Source of the DNA: Octopus sinensis
Lineage: Eukaryota
Assembly: GCF_006345805.1 (NCBI RefSeq)
Contig: NC_043004.1
Coordinates: 69,502,001 to 69,566,000, forward strand
Direction of reading: 5' to 3'
Length of the DNA stretch: 64,000 nucleotides
The notes under the pieces were generated by a model. It was not told the origin of the DNA and made no database searches. It worked only from the letters and a program-made list of their open reading frames with translations. Below, one piece after another: positions 62,724-64,000 of the stretch (the stretch's first letter is position 1; every line of letters begins with the position of its first letter). Made by a program: the position numbers and the translations under genes.

Positions 62724-64000
62724 GTGGTCAGGTTGGAAGAGAGATCAAAAGAAAAATACCACGAAAACTATCACCACCACAACAACCCTCCTCTTCTCAG
62801 GCGCCGAATCCCCCCGTCCCCCCCACATCTCCTTCCCAGTTTCAGAGTTGGCACTATCAATGTTGGTACATTGACAGGCAAGTCTAGTGAGATTGTAGAG
62901 ATGCTAGAGAGAAGACAGGTTGATGTATGCTGCATACAAGAGGTAAGATGGAGAGATGCTTCGGCTAGGGTCCTCACGGGCAAGGCACTTAGGTACAAAC
63001 TCTACTGGCAAGGTAACGCGGAAGGTGTAGGGGGTGTAGGCATTCTCCTTGCGGAGGAATGGGTGGATAAGGTCATAGAGGTTGTCAGGGTTTGTGATAG
63101 AGTGCTTAAGCTCAGGTTGGTCCTACAGAGTGGCACAGCTATGATTATCTCAGCCTATGCCCCACAAGCGGGACTACCAAATGATCAGAAGGACAACTTT
63201 TATGATACCCTTCTGCAGGCTACTTCAAAGACTAGTAACAAGGACCTCATCTTTGTAGGTGGGATTTTAATGGGCATGTTGGGCGGGAATCGGGTATCTT
63301 CACTGGGGTACATGGTGGCTATGGTATTGGCACCAGAAATGATGAGGGAACTAGACTGCTGGAATTCTGTGATGCATGTAACCTTTCAATCTGCAACACT
63401 AACTTCAAGAAGCCAGTCTGCCACCTTATAACTTATCAGTCAGGAGACTCCGCTAGCCAAATAGACTTCATCCTCACCAGACAACGGGATGCAGGGTTGC
63501 TCTTGAATACAAAGACCCTCCGGGTGAAGAATGTATCCCTCAGCATAGACTAATCATCAGTGACTTAAGCTTGAGGCCAGAAGGACTCCAAGAAACAAAA
63601 CCATCCAGAAAAGAAGGATTGGAGGCTAAAGAACCCTTCGCATGGTCAGAAATTTAGGGACATACTCATCAAGAAATTTGATGAGAGGGAGGAGGAGCTT
63701 CAGACGTCAGACATAGAAGGTAGCTGGGAATTCCTACGGGACAGCTTATTGAGTGCCACAGACCAAGTCTGTGGATGGTGCAAAGTCCCTTCCAGACCTA
63801 GAATTACGTGGTGGTGGAATAGTGCAGTAGATAAAGCCATCTGTGAAAAGAGACGGGCCTGGAAAGCCTGGAAGGATGGGGGCAGCAGGGAACTGTACCA
63901 GATAGCCAAAAGGGAGGCTGGGCGGCAGGTATACATTGCCAAAGATGTAGCAGAAAAGAAGAAGTTTGCCAATGTCCAGCGTCGCGAGGATCAAAGAGCT
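62724..64000 (+). CDS. RTE LINE ORF: apurinic-like endonuclease (EEP) domain, four apparent 1-bp deletions, continues beyond the window
   Basis: RVGTINVGTL, VCCIQEVRW, GVGILL, IISAYAPQ, GDFNGHVG, RLLEFC, QIDFILTR, PQHRLIISDF, TWWWN motifs after frame correction; no stop codons. Confidence 0.9.

Larger units (their letters stand above)
62136..64000 (+). mobile_element. RTE-clade LINE, 5' part (truncated by the window end)
   Basis: C-rich leader followed by an AP-endonuclease-type ORF; the 5' boundary is approximate. Confidence 0.9.

Overview
AT-rich, repeat-saturated eukaryotic DNA with long (TA)n/(CA)n/(TAA)n microsatellites. No host protein-coding exon can be supported, so this is probably intronic or intergenic. 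The repeat complement strongly suggests a cephalopod (Octopus) genome; this is inference from family recognition. Retroelements present: three tRNA-derived SINE families in dozens of copies, many RTE-LINE 3' ends, CR1, R4/Dong and RTE-BovB fragments, and the 5' part of a probably young RTE LINE running off the right end. DNA elements present: fossil Tc1, mariner and maT transposons, hAT-, piggyBac- and Tigger-like MITEs, and Helentron/Helitron-like elements. An ~888-bp tandem duplication also occurs. The most interesting signal is a set of fold-back (palindromic) Penelope-like remnants, mostly beside (TA)n tracts, carrying type I hammerhead-ribozyme motifs from several unrelated sequence families. 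These include a near-canonical motif (54961-55015, minus), a G3-C8 swapped-core variant in both arms of a ~290-bp palindrome (20818-21109), a multi-copy CUGUUGA (A6U) variant and a motif with a long stem II insertion. All ribozyme calls come from manual motif and pairing inspection, not computation. Repeat boundaries are approximate unless TSDs/TIRs are quoted.
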